Shown piece after piece: positions 52,927 through 62,921 of a stretch of DNA of 64,000 nucleotides. A program made the translations under genes and the position numbers. How positions within the stretch are numbered: position 1 is the stretch's first letter; each line of letters opens with the position of its first letter. The DNA is from Chloroflexota bacterium (GTDB taxonomy: Bacteria; Chloroflexota; Dehalococcoidia; UBA2979). The notes under the pieces are model-generated. The model made no database searches and had not been told where the DNA came from. It saw nothing but the letters and a program-made list of their open reading frames with translations. The stretch covers positions 21,028 through 85,027 of the forward strand of contig PBBA01000002.1 of the NCBI GenBank assembly GCA_002716405.1, in the 5' to 3' direction.

Positions 52927-53778
52927 CTAAACCTCTATCCCCATAAATGTCTGAACTATTTTGGTTGATAATTCTTTCTTTACTAGTGCCTCACCTACCA
53001 ATATTGCATCAGCACCTGCAATGATCATACGCTCAACATCATTAAATTCCCTTATTGCTGATTCTGCGACTATAATATGGTTAGGCGGAATAAGAGGTAT
53101 CAAACGTTCAGCAATCGTAAGATCTTCTTTAAAATTTCTTAAATCACGATTATTGATCCCAATGATTCGTGCTCCAGCATTTATTGCAATCTCTAGTTCA
53201 GTTTCATCATGTATTTCTACCAAAGGTTCCATTCCTATAGATCTTGAGATTTGAATAAGTTCTTTAAGTAATAAAGGTTCAAGCAACATTACAATAAGTA
53301 ATAAAGAATCTGCACCGAATGCTCGGGCTTCAATAATTTGATACGAGTCCCAGATAAATTCCTTACGTAGGAGGCCTGGTCGATCATGTTTGTCAGGAAT
53401 CACTTGTCTAACATTAGATAAATCTTCGATCGATCCTTTAAAAAAGTCAGGCTCCGTAAGAATTGAAATCGCTGCCACACCAGCACTACAGTATTGTGAT
53501 GCCTGTTTAGGAGCATCAAGTGATAAATTCAAATCACCTTTACTTGGAGAAGCCCTTTTAATTTCTGCAATTAGATGAATTCGAGAATCTTTAGGCGTCA
53601 GATATGTGCCATTTAATAAGACATTTGCGAAGTCACAAGGCTCTAAAGTATTCTTAATTTGATCAAGAAGTTGATTTTCAGAGCGTATTTTTTTATCGCA
53701 AGCTAATTTCTGTGATCGAACTTGAACTATACGATCTAGTATTGTCTGTGTCCGACGTAAGCCATGACTAAGATTCAC
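52927..53778 (-). CDS. trpC: Indole-3-glycerol phosphate synthase
   Basis: IAEIKRASPSKG, SILTEPDFFKGS, LRKEF, GINNRDL, AESAI. Confidence 0.96.
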   Translation of the reverse strand: MNLSHGLRRTQTILDRIVQVRSQKLACDKKIRSENQLLDQIKNTLEPCDFANVLLNGTYLTPKDSRIHLIAEIKRASPSKGDLNLSLDAPKQASQYCSAGVAAISILTEPDFFKGSIEDLSNVRQVIPDKHDRPGLLRKEFIWDSYQIIEARAFGADSLLLIVMLLEPLLLKELIQISRSIGMEPLVEIHDETELEIAINAGARIIGINNRDLRNFKEDLTIAERLIPLIPPNHIIVAESAIREFNDVERMIIAGADAILVGEALVKKELSTKIVQTFMGIEV

Positions 53779-53788
53779 TTATGAACTC

Positions 53789-54835
53789 TCAAACTTCGAT
53801 CCTTCGTGTTATCTCAATAAAAGCTGCAACTTTTGCTGCAGCTTCACCTGATTCCATTACTTTTATAGATTTATTTATTCCATCCTTAATTGAAATAGCT
53901 AAACCAGTGACATAGAGTCCAGCACCAGCATTAAACAAAATCAAATCACGAATAGCTTCAGAACCTTCACCAGCCAATACATCACGAAAAATTTGGGCAT
54001 TTTCTGATGGATCACCACCAATAATATCTTGAACAGAATATCGAGAAAGACCAACTTCTTCAGGTGTTATAATTTTCTCTACAACCTGCTCACCTTTCAC
54101 TTCGTAAAAATTTGATGAACCGGTAATTGTAAAATCATCTAATCCATCTTCACCTGAAACTACTAATGCATGTCTCACTTCCAAGCGTGCCAAAGAATTT
54201 GCTAATTTACCTGCCAATTCTTTATTAGGTGCACCCATCACGTAACAATTTGCACGCGCAGGGTTAGCCAAAGGACCAAGTATATTAAATATTGTTCTAA
54301 TACCTAGTTGCGGACGGAGTGGGCCAGCAAATTTCATAGATGGGTGAAAAGATTGAGCAAATAAAAAACCAATACCAACTTGTTCAATACATTGAGCAAC
54401 AGCACTGGGAGGTAAAGAAATAACAGCTCCCAATGCTTCTAGTAAATCAGCAGAACCAGGCCGGGAACTCATTGCTCTATTACCATGCTTTGCAACTTTT
54501 GCTCCTGCAGCAGATGCAATAAAAGCTGCAGCAGTAGATGCATTAAATACTTTGCGTGAAGAACCTCCAGTACCACAAGTATCTAATAACGGTAATGTAT
54601 TAACATCAATACTTAGTGAGTGTTCTCTCATCGACTTAGCCATGCCTACAATCTCATCAACAGTTTCACCTTTTAATCGTAAGGCAACTAAAAAAGCTCC
54701 AAATTGTGCAGGAGTAACAATATCTTCTGTTTCATCATTTCCAGCACGCATTATAGAATCCATAACTACGTATGCTTCATATTCAGTAAGATCTCTTTTT
54801 TCTTCAGTTATTGAAAAAATTGCTTCGCGAATCAT
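53789..54835 (-). CDS. trpD: Anthranilate phosphoribosyltransferase
   Basis: KGETVDE, DTCGTGG, AKHGNR, RTIFNILGPLANP. Confidence 0.96.
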   Translation of the reverse strand: MIREAIFSITEEKRDLTEYEAYVVMDSIMRAGNDETEDIVTPAQFGAFLVALRLKGETVDEIVGMAKSMREHSLSIDVNTLPLLDTCGTGGSSRKVFNASTAAAFIASAAGAKVAKHGNRAMSSRPGSADLLEALGAVISLPPSAVAQCIEQVGIGFLFAQSFHPSMKFAGPLRPQLGIRTIFNILGPLANPARANCYVMGAPNKELAGKLANSLARLEVRHALVVSGEDGLDDFTITGSSNFYEVKGEQVVEKIITPEEVGLSRYSVQDIIGGDPSENAQIFRDVLAGEGSEAIRDLILFNAGAGLYVTGLAISIKDGINKSIKVMESGEAAAKVAAFIEITRRIEV

Positions 54836-54851
54836 GTGATCACCTACAAAT

Positions 54852-55421
54852 CTAATTCAACCTAATGTTAAGAAAATTTTTCAAGAGCTGATGTCCATTT
54901 TCTGTCATGATCGATTCAGGATGAAATTGCACACCTTCAATAGGTAGTTTTTTGTGTCGTATTCCCATTATAAGTCCAGAGGGAGTGGTAGCTGTCACAG
55001 AGACATCATCAGGGATAGAGGTCTTTTCTAAAACTAGTGAATGATATCGAATGGCTTGGAAATCTTGAGGTAATCCAGAAAACACACCCTTGCTATCATG
55101 ATGAATTAGTGATGTCTTGCCATGCATTATTTCACCAGCCTGAACCACTTCAGCACCAAATGCTGAACCAATAGCTTGGTGACCTAAACAAACACCTAAT
55201 AATGGTATATTTTCTACCGATCTTACAAGGGGAATAGAAATACCAGCTTCGCTAGGAGTACATGGCCCTGGAGAAATAACGATCTGCTCCGGTTGCATAG
55301 CTAAACAGTCTTCAACAGAAATTTTATCATTACGGAAAACTTCTACTTCAACACCGAGTTCTGAAAGATATTGGTATAGGTTATAAGTAAAAGAATCATA
55401 ATTATCAATTAATAACAACAT
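54852..55421 (-). CDS. trpG: Anthranilate synthase component II (glutamine amidotransferase)
   Basis: IDNYDSFTYNL, SPGP, GVCLGHQ, RYHSL, QFHPES. Confidence 0.96.
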   Translation of the reverse strand: MLLLIDNYDSFTYNLYQYLSELGVEVEVFRNDKISVEDCLAMQPEQIVISPGPCTPSEAGISIPLVRSVENIPLLGVCLGHQAIGSAFGAEVVQAGEIMHGKTSLIHHDSKGVFSGLPQDFQAIRYHSLVLEKTSIPDDVSVTATTPSGLIMGIRHKKLPIEGVQFHPESIMTENGHQLLKNFLNIRLN

Positions 55422-55487
55422 AGTCTCACTCCAAAGTTATCATATCAATCAAAGGCATTTGATGCGTTAGTTACTTAAGGTAATTGA

Positions 55488-56375
55488 TTAGATTTCCAAT
55501 TGATTTGCGTGAAACAAATCATGTTGTGATATCGCAACAATTTGCTCGCCAACAACTACAATCCCTCTTTCAGCATGATTCCCATATTGATCTAACTGAC
55601 TTTGAGATAAACTATCAAGCCATACCATTGTTTTTTCACGTACAATCCTTAATCGATTATATGCCATAGTAGAATCAAATGAACTTCCTGCACGGTATAC
55701 ACTAAGCCATTGGTCTGTATTGAAATGCTGCCAACTATGGCCGGGCTTAGTAATAATTCTATCAATCTCTGAAACATAGTAAGTTTCCAAATCAGAAGCA
55801 TGAATAATTGTATCAATTGGGCTTAGTCCATTAGATAATTGCTTGTATTTTGACTCAGCTGAAAAAGATTGAAAGCTCTTTAGCAGTTGATTTCGAGAAT
55901 CTATCAATATTTTCTTTAATGATTCTTGCGTATAAGAATCAAATTTAGAATATTCTGCAAATAATGAAGAGGATGACATCCAAGTATTAATCTCTGAGAC
56001 AATCTCAGAGCGATCATCATATTTACCAGGTGTATACCAAATTGCATCATCATAGCTTTGAGGATCGTATTGAGGCTCGCCTTCCCAACTATCACAGTAA
56101 AAGATATTTAATACAAAATTTGTTCCATCAGATCCTGTCACATAGACAGTATCAGCAAATGTAATTTTTGAAGATCGAATATGAACATGGTTAATTAAAA
56201 CGCGATCAATTGCTTCTTCTGCAGTTTCAGATGTGGACACAACAGTAATTGGAAAAGACCATTGCTTTGGAAAAGGAATAAGGTTTTTATGCTGTAATAG
56301 CAACACTTTTCCATCTTGTCGGTGTAATACAACAGCGGCTGCCAATAAAGGCGAGCTCGAATCTATTTGGTTCAT
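55488..56375 (-). CDS. Degenerate Nudix domain fused to a DinB/YfiT-like domain
   Basis: N-half: DGKVLLL..WSFP....ETAEEAIDR; C-half: SPIDTIIH...E and ISQHDLFHANQL. Confidence 0.7.
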   Translation of the reverse strand: MNQIDSSSPLLAAAVVLHRQDGKVLLLQHKNLIPFPKQWSFPITVVSTSETAEEAIDRVLINHVHIRSSKITFADTVYVTGSDGTNFVLNIFYCDSWEGEPQYDPQSYDDAIWYTPGKYDDRSEIVSEINTWMSSSSLFAEYSKFDSYTQESLKKILIDSRNQLLKSFQSFSAESKYKQLSNGLSPIDTIIHASDLETYYVSEIDRIITKPGHSWQHFNTDQWLSVYRAGSSFDSTMAYNRLRIVREKTMVWLDSLSQSQLDQYGNHAERGIVVVGEQIVAISQHDLFHANQLEI

Positions 56376-56400
56376 ACCACAACCTTATAGTCTTTGCTTC

Positions 56401-57840
56401 CTAACTAACACGTTCTGCATCAGCAATCGCAGCAAACAAAGCACGAGCTTTATGTTCACATTCTTCATGCTCTTTATCAGGGTCGGAATCAAAGACTATA
56501 CCAGCTCCAGCTTGTACATGAGCCCATCCATCTTTCATCACTAGTGTCCGAATAGTAATGCAAGTCTCTACATTCCCATACATATCAAAAAAACCAACTG
56601 ATCCTGAATATACACCACGTTGATCAGGCTCTAATTCAGCAATTATTTCCATAGCACGAATCTTGGGAGCCCCCGAAACTGTACCCGCAGGAAATGCTGA
56701 ACGTAACGCATCATAAGGAGACATCGAAGAAGATAAAGATCCTTGCACATGGCTTACCAAATGCATCACATGTGAATAATATTCTAAGTCCAATTGTTGA
56801 GTAACTGTGACGCTTCCAGGAACAGAAACTCTTCCTACATCATTTCTACCTAAATCAAGAAGCATCAAGTGTTCTGCTATCTCTTTAGGATCACTACGCA
56901 ATTCATTAGCAAGTATTTCATCTTGTTCAGGATTTGAACCACGAGGCCTAGTCCCTGCAATAGGATGTACTTCCACCAAACCATCCTCAATATTAACAAG
57001 TAACTCAGGTGAAGCACCTACAATATAAGCATCATTAAAATGTAAATAATACATATATGGCGAAGGATTAATAGCACGTAAACTTCTATAAACTTCAAAA
57101 GGATGTGCTCCAGTTTGTTTCGAAAATCTTTGTGAAATCACTCCTTGAATAATATCCCCAGCGACAATATATTCTTTTGTTTTTTCAACTGCAGATTTAT
57201 ATTGCTCAGGAGTCCAATTAGCCTGAATAGGCTGTCCAGAAAGACCTGCAAATGGCTCATAAGGTAAGGATGTAAGAGGTCCACTTAATCGGTCAACGAG
57301 TTCATCAATATTCTTAACGGCAACCTCATAATTAGCTTCTATATCACCATCAAGACGAACATGTGAAACAACTTTTATATTATGCTGCAAATGATCAAAT
57401 ACTAAGAGAGTGCTCGCAAACATCAATAATGACTCTGGCAATCCAAGAGTATCATCACCTGCTAATGGCAGTTGTTCAAAATGGCCAGCAACCTCCCAGC
57501 CTAGATAACCGACTGCACCACCATTAAATCGAGGTAATCCAGGCACTTCAACAACCTTAAATTTTGATAATTCTTTTTCTATTTCTAAAAGAGGATCTCC
57601 ATCACCATGTTCAGTTGCTAAAATTTTGTATGGCTCGGTTCCTATCATAGAGTAGCGCCCTAGATTTTCTCCACCTTCTACTGATTCCAAAAGAAAAGAA
57701 TATGCTCCGCGAGCTACTTTTAAATATGCAGAAACTGGAGTTTCTAAATCTGCACGCACGATTCTATAAACTGGAACAATATTGCCTCTATCAGCTAGTT
57801 TTTTAATTTCTGAAAAACTCGGAGTATACTCTACAGACAT
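56401..57840 (-). CDS. trpE: Anthranilate synthase component I
   Basis: DLETP, FLLES, NPSPYMY, ASPE, PIAGTR, EHLMLLDLGRND, PAGTVSGAPK. Confidence 0.97.
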   Translation of the reverse strand: MSVEYTPSFSEIKKLADRGNIVPVYRIVRADLETPVSAYLKVARGAYSFLLESVEGGENLGRYSMIGTEPYKILATEHGDGDPLLEIEKELSKFKVVEVPGLPRFNGGAVGYLGWEVAGHFEQLPLAGDDTLGLPESLLMFASTLLVFDHLQHNIKVVSHVRLDGDIEANYEVAVKNIDELVDRLSGPLTSLPYEPFAGLSGQPIQANWTPEQYKSAVEKTKEYIVAGDIIQGVISQRFSKQTGAHPFEVYRSLRAINPSPYMYYLHFNDAYIVGASPELLVNIEDGLVEVHPIAGTRPRGSNPEQDEILANELRSDPKEIAEHLMLLDLGRNDVGRVSVPGSVTVTQQLDLEYYSHVMHLVSHVQGSLSSSMSPYDALRSAFPAGTVSGAPKIRAMEIIAELEPDQRGVYSGSVGFFDMYGNVETCITIRTLVMKDGWAHVQAGAGIVFDSDPDKEHEECEHKARALFAAIADAERVS

Positions 57841-57876
57841 TTTGATACTTTCTTATGTGTTAATCCAAGCATTCAA

Positions 57877-58707
57877 TTAGACGGTTTCTATAGTGTCAGA
57901 AACGGAACCAGTAAAGTCTTTTCCAGAGATAGTACTTACTTTATCTCTTAAATGAGACATTTGCTCCTGCATAGCACTTTGCATAAATCTAGAATCTGAA
58001 CTATGCAAAATAAAACGGGCCCCCAATTCTATAGCTTTAACAGAAGTTTCAATTGTCTGCTGATGAATCATCACAGGAATATTTCGTGATTCAGATTTTT
58101 CGATAATATTGCTTAACACTTCAAGGTATTTTGGATTTGTAACTTGGTCTGGAATACCAAGAGATGTTGTCATGTCATTCGGCCCGACAAAAATTCCATC
58201 AATCCCCGTAACTTCCAGTAACGTATCTAATCTTTGGTATGCAGGTTCACTTTCAATACCAATAATAATTATAGTTTCAGCATGTCTAGCTTCTAGATAT
58301 TTTTTTGAATCATCACTGGGTAAGATATTTTCCTCTACTGCGCGACGCAAATACTCGCCTTTTAGAGGATGCCATTTTGCAGTTGCGACACATGCTTGTA
58401 CTTCTTCAATTGTTTCACAATATGGGACCAATATACCTGCAGCACCAGCATCCAAAGCCATAGCAACCCAATGAGCCATTGGTACAGGAATACGCACTAT
58501 AGGCGCAACATTAATATCCCTAAGCATCTGACACAATTCTTGTATTTCTTTTCTATCACGAGAACCATGCTCTGAATCAATAACAACATAATCAAGAGCT
58601 GAACCTTCAAGGCTACGACGGAATCGTGTTGTTCCCATCCCTGATAACATGCAACCAAATACAAACCCGCCAGAAGACAAAGTTTTCTTCAGATTTATTC
58701 CATCCAT
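57877..58707 (-). CDS. HpcH/HpaI aldolase family protein
   Basis: VIDSEHG, LDAGAAGILVP, IE, GIDGIFVGPNDM. Confidence 0.9.
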   Translation of the reverse strand: MDGINLKKTLSSGGFVFGCMLSGMGTTRFRRSLEGSALDYVVIDSEHGSRDRKEIQELCQMLRDINVAPIVRIPVPMAHWVAMALDAGAAGILVPYCETIEEVQACVATAKWHPLKGEYLRRAVEENILPSDDSKKYLEARHAETIIIIGIESEPAYQRLDTLLEVTGIDGIFVGPNDMTTSLGIPDQVTNPKYLEVLSNIIEKSESRNIPVMIHQQTIETSVKAIELGARFILHSSDSRFMQSAMQEQMSHLRDKVSTISGKDFTGSVSDTIETV

Positions 58708-58745
58708 AAGTGTCTCCGTTCAATACATAGTTATGTTCAATCATA

Positions 58746-59183
58746 CTATTCATCCAAAATTGGTTCAGCAATAAAAATTGGAATACACCTAGTTGTACGA
58801 TCTTGATAGTCTTCATAAGGTGGATATGCTTCAACAGCAGCAGCCCATACTTGAGCTCTTTCTTCTGCATTATTAACTAGTCTAATCTTAGCCATAAAGA
58901 CATGATCACGATCACGAAGTTCTACTTTTTCACTTTCAATTAAATTGTAATACCAAACAGGATTTTTAGGAGCACCACCCATTGAAGCTACTAATACATA
59001 AGTATTGTGATGTTTAACTCGCATAAGTGGGGTTTTTCGGATAGCACCTGTTCTACGACCACGATGTGTGACAATAATTACTGGCAATCCACGTAATTCG
59101 TACCCTTCCTGCCCATTACTTTTCTCATAAAGTTCTACCTGATCTCTGACCCATTCTGTAGTACTCGGTATGTATTCTGTCAT
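58746..59183 (-). CDS. Deazaflavin (F420)-dependent nitroreductase/quinone reductase (Ddn-like)
   Basis: GRRTGAIRKTPL, VASMGGAPKNPVWYYNL, YQDRTTRCIP. Confidence 0.92.
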   Translation of the reverse strand: MTEYIPSTTEWVRDQVELYEKSNGQEGYELRGLPVIIVTHRGRRTGAIRKTPLMRVKHHNTYVLVASMGGAPKNPVWYYNLIESEKVELRDRDHVFMAKIRLVNNAEERAQVWAAAVEAYPPYEDYQDRTTRCIPIFIAEPILDE

Positions 59184-59743
59184 TTCTCTTTCTCCATAAT
59201 TTTAATAATTTCCTCAACTGCTCTGTCCAATTTACCTTCAGAATTTTCTACTACATAATCAAATTCATCGACCAAACTATATTCTTTATCGATAGCATCC
59301 ATTCTTTCCTCTATTGCAAATACATCTTCAGTCCCTCTGGATAGCAATCTAGATTTAAGTTCTTCTTTAGTAGCTGGAATCAAAAATATAAATTTTGCCT
59401 CAGGCAATGTTTGTTTTAATGAAATAGCACCTTGGACGTCAACGCGAATAAATACATAATCACCAGTCTCCATAGCTTTTTCAACTTCACTTTTTGGAAC
59501 ACCATAAAAATGTCCACCATAGACTTCTGCATACTCAAGTAAATTTCCATGCGAAATATGTTTTTTGAATTCATCATGACTGACAAATAAATGATGAACT
59601 CCATGAGTTTCCAACGGACGTGGGGGGCGTGTAGTCATTGTCGCAGGAACAGTAATTCGAAACTTTAATTCCTTAAGGCGCGCTAGAACAGAATCTTTAC
59701 CGACACCAGATGGTCCTGACAATACTACAATACGAGAAGACAT
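59180..59743 (-). CDS. gmk: Guanylate kinase
   Basis: SGPSGVGKD, TTRPPR, YG, DVQGA, RGTE. Confidence 0.95.
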   Translation of the reverse strand: MSSRIVVLSGPSGVGKDSVLARLKELKFRITVPATMTTRPPRPLETHGVHHLFVSHDEFKKHISHGNLLEYAEVYGGHFYGVPKSEVEKAMETGDYVFIRVDVQGAISLKQTLPEAKFIFLIPATKEELKSRLLSRGTEDVFAIEERMDAIDKEYSLVDEFDYVVENSEGKLDRAVEEIIKIMEKEK

Positions 59744-59756
59744 AGATTATTGCGCC

Positions 59757-60002
59757 TTACTGTGAAGCACGAGAGGAAAAAGTTTCAGGAGATATTGCTA
59801 TTACAGCAACCCACCCGTCATCAAGGAAAACTACTGTCTTCGTTCTTCTGCCATTAGTTAGATCAATTAACCGTTCTGTTTTTTTTGCTTTTTGAACGGC
59901 TCTCTTAACAGGGGCGGCAATAGGAGTTGCAATCGCAATAACTTTATCTAATGCCAAATTATTTTCAAAACCAACATGAACTAATTTTGTAGTGGTCGAC
60001 AT
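59757..60002 (-). CDS. remA: RemA (DUF370) family protein
   Basis: VHVGFEN, APVKR, LIDLTNGRRTK, ISPET; canonical position upstream of gmk. Confidence 0.88.
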   Translation of the reverse strand: MSTTTKLVHVGFENNLALDKVIAIATPIAAPVKRAVQKAKKTERLIDLTNGRRTKTVVFLDDGWVAVIAISPETFSSRASQ

Positions 60003-60021
60003 ATGAGCTCTTATCTTAATC

Positions 60022-61323
60022 TTATAATTGACAAATCTTTTCCATATCTTCCCAAAAGGTCGGATAAGAGACCGTTACAGAATCAGCATCTTCAACTGTA
60101 GTTTCTCCATCTGCAATTAATCCTGCAGCAGCACCCAACATGGCAAGACGGTGGTCACCTGAAGAATTCATTATCGCACCATTAATGGGGTTACCACCAT
60201 ATACATGTAACCCATCATCCAATTCTTCAATTTTCACTCCAAAATCAGAAAGGATTTTAAAAGTTGTCGATATCCTATCGGATTCTTTGACACGTAATTC
60301 TTGAGCATCTTGTATAACAGTTTCTCCTTCAGCAACTGCACCGGCAAGAGCAACCAGTGGAAGTTCATCGATCGCACGAGGAATTAATTCTCCACTTACG
60401 TTGACACCAGTTAATGATGCAGAGCGAACGATAAGATCGGCAACAGGTTCGCCTCCAATATATCGATTATTCTCTAGTTTTATATCGCCACCCATTAAAC
60501 GTAAAATATCAATTAGGCCACTCCGAGTTTGGTTAATACCAACATTTCTTAATGTCAGTTCAGCATCAGGATGAATACTGGCGGCTACGATCCAAACGGC
60601 TGCAGTAGATATATCACCTGGCACAGTAACATCTATAGCAGACAACTCATTTTGTGGAGGACTTAAAGTAATTTCATTTCCGTGAATGGAAAATTTAGCC
60701 CCCATAGCTCCTAGCAATTTTTCTGTATGATCGCGAGTAGTTTTTGACTCTACGACTGTAATTTCTTCATCTGCATATAACCCTGCTAATAAAATGGCAG
60801 ACTTTACTTGAGCTGATGCTGCCGATGGAGTAATACGCTGTCCTCCAATTATTTTTCCTCCTTTTATCATTACAGGTGGAAGGGAATTATTATTGCGAGC
60901 AAATATTTGCGCACCCAGGAAAGTCAAGGGATCCACAATCCTATCCATCGGACGAGATCTAAGTGAATCATCTCCAGTCAAAATAGATATCCCATTTATT
61001 CCAGCACAAATACCTGATAGCAAACGCATCGTTGTTCCTGAATTACCACAATCCAAAACATCATTTGGTTCATTTAAAGAGTGCATCCCTTTACCGAAAA
61101 TCAATATCGAACCATCAGAATCATTTTGAATATCAACTCCAAATTTTTTGAGGCAATCTATCGTGGAATTTGTATCATCTGAATGTAATAAACCCTTAAT
61201 ATGTGCCTTCCCTTTGGCAAGGGAGTTAAACATCAAAGCACGATGAGACAATGATTTATCACCAGGCACAGTAATTTCACCACGTAATTTATTGGCAAAA
61301 GACAACGTTCTAGAAATTTTCAT
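60022..61323 (-). CDS. aroA: EPSP synthase
   Basis: PGDKSLSHR, GNSGTTMRL, ASAQVKSA, RDHTE, ELRVKESDRI, DHRLAM; start moved to MKISR. Confidence 0.97.
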   Translation of the reverse strand: MKISRTLSFANKLRGEITVPGDKSLSHRALMFNSLAKGKAHIKGLLHSDDTNSTIDCLKKFGVDIQNDSDGSILIFGKGMHSLNEPNDVLDCGNSGTTMRLLSGICAGINGISILTGDDSLRSRPMDRIVDPLTFLGAQIFARNNNSLPPVMIKGGKIIGGQRITPSAASAQVKSAILLAGLYADEEITVVESKTTRDHTEKLLGAMGAKFSIHGNEITLSPPQNELSAIDVTVPGDISTAAVWIVAASIHPDAELTLRNVGINQTRSGLIDILRLMGGDIKLENNRYIGGEPVADLIVRSASLTGVNVSGELIPRAIDELPLVALAGAVAEGETVIQDAQELRVKESDRISTTFKILSDFGVKIEELDDGLHVYGGNPINGAIMNSSGDHRLAMLGAAAGLIADGETTVEDADSVTVSYPTFWEDMEKICQL

Positions 61324-61324
61324 T

Positions 61325-62347
61325 TTATATATCTCTTCGCATACGCCTAGCAAGATCTTTTTCTTCCACACGTTGCTCGGCGCCTTTAGTCATTTCATCA
61401 AGTTTGTCTTTCATTGCATGACCAATCAAAAGTGCTCCAAAATCAGAGCTCGTCCCTTCCATATTAGATTCTTCTTGGCGACCAATAGCACCTTCCATAA
61501 ATGCACTATAATCCAATTCAATTTGAGCAATAAGACGAAATAAGTCTTCATCATCTAAATCTTCAAAGTTACGACGTAACATGTCCAGTTCAGCTATATA
61601 TCGATTAAGCCAATGTATAATTTGATCTCGATTTGTCTTTACAATATCAAAGGCCATCGAAGGATCTGTACCTGACAGCCTGGTTACACTCTTAAAACCT
61701 CCAGCCGCTAGCACTGATAATTCAGGCCACGCCTCAGAATTCCTCATTAATCTAAATAAAGCTTGTGAAATGACCATCGGTGCATGTGAGATAGCTGCAA
61801 CATAAGCATCATGCTCTTCTGGATCCATAATCATAGGTTTCGCACCAAGACTTTCAGCAAGATGAAAAATTGCATTCACTGATTGTGCTTTTGCATCAGC
61901 AGGAGCAGTAATCACCCAAATTTGATCCTTAAATAAATTTTTATCGGCGTGTTCTGGACCAACTCCTGTTACACCTGCCATTGGATGGCTACCAATAAAA
62001 TCAACGTCGCTAGGTAGGTATTTGATCGCATGCGTTAATGTTGCATTTTTTGTCGAACCAGTATCAGTAACCACAATTCCTTGACTGACAAATTCAGCAA
62101 TTTCTTCAATCAAAAGGTGATTTGAAAGCACTGGTGCAGCTAAAATAATTATCGAAACATCTTTTATAGCCTTACGAAGATTGCCTTCTGATTCATCAAT
62201 AGCTCCAAGCTTTTTCGCTGCACGCATATTATTTTTATTGCGGTCATATCCGATAATTTTTTCTATAGTAACATCACTATTGTGCTTCAAGGCCAATCCG
62301 ATAGAGGTACCTATCATCCCGGTACCAAGTATTGCTATATGTGCCAT
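61325..62347 (-). CDS. tyrA: Prephenate/arogenate dehydrogenase
   Basis: GTGMIGTS, DTGSTK, SHPMAG, EHDAYVAAISHAP, GFKSVTRL. Confidence 0.93.
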   Translation of the reverse strand: MAHIAILGTGMIGTSIGLALKHNSDVTIEKIIGYDRNKNNMRAAKKLGAIDESEGNLRKAIKDVSIIILAAPVLSNHLLIEEIAEFVSQGIVVTDTGSTKNATLTHAIKYLPSDVDFIGSHPMAGVTGVGPEHADKNLFKDQIWVITAPADAKAQSVNAIFHLAESLGAKPMIMDPEEHDAYVAAISHAPMVISQALFRLMRNSEAWPELSVLAAGGFKSVTRLSGTDPSMAFDIVKTNRDQIIHWLNRYIAELDMLRRNFEDLDDEDLFRLIAQIELDYSAFMEGAIGRQEESNMEGTSSDFGALLIGHAMKDKLDEMTKGAEQRVEEKDLARRMRRDI

Positions 62348-62370
62348 TATTCACCTCAAAATTCGTCCAC

Positions 62371-62916
62371 CTAAGCGATGTAATCTGCAAGAATAAGCCA
62401 TTTATGCCAATTATCATTTTCACTAACTGTGCAATGATGCCGCTTAACTAAATCAACCACACGTGGATCAGAGTTAACTTGCTTAAGCAACTCTGCACCT
62501 ATTATCGCATGATATTGCAACCGCCAATAGGTGGCTCGCCAATTATTACCTTCATTAGATGCAATCTTACGACTTAGTACGGGAGAAAGAAAATTGCAAA
62601 TTACAAATAATACTCGATGAATTAATTTCACATCCCCCTTACCAATATCATGAAGTAGAGCTGCGAGAATAAAGAATTCAGGTGGATCTACTTGATTGTC
62701 AAAACACAATTGTTTTGCATGAAGTGCCGTCCTTATAGCATGATTTTGATCCCTAGTTGTTTGCTGAAAAAAAAGTAACGCTTCATCTTGAGACATAAGA
62801 TCAATTAATTCAGCTTTACCACTTATAACAGAAGCACCTTTTAAATCTCTTAACACTTGTCTAAAACGATAAGTCGTATTTTTAAGAAAAGCTATTACGG
62901 TAGGCTTAACTGACAT
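62371..62916 (-). CDS. HD-domain protein
   Basis: DQNH, ALLHDIGK, HAIIGAELL, RHH, AD. Confidence 0.85.
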   Translation of the reverse strand: MSVKPTVIAFLKNTTYRFRQVLRDLKGASVISGKAELIDLMSQDEALLFFQQTTRDQNHAIRTALHAKQLCFDNQVDPPEFFILAALLHDIGKGDVKLIHRVLFVICNFLSPVLSRKIASNEGNNWRATYWRLQYHAIIGAELLKQVNSDPRVVDLVKRHHCTVSENDNWHKWLILADYIA

Positions 62917-62921
62917 TCAGG

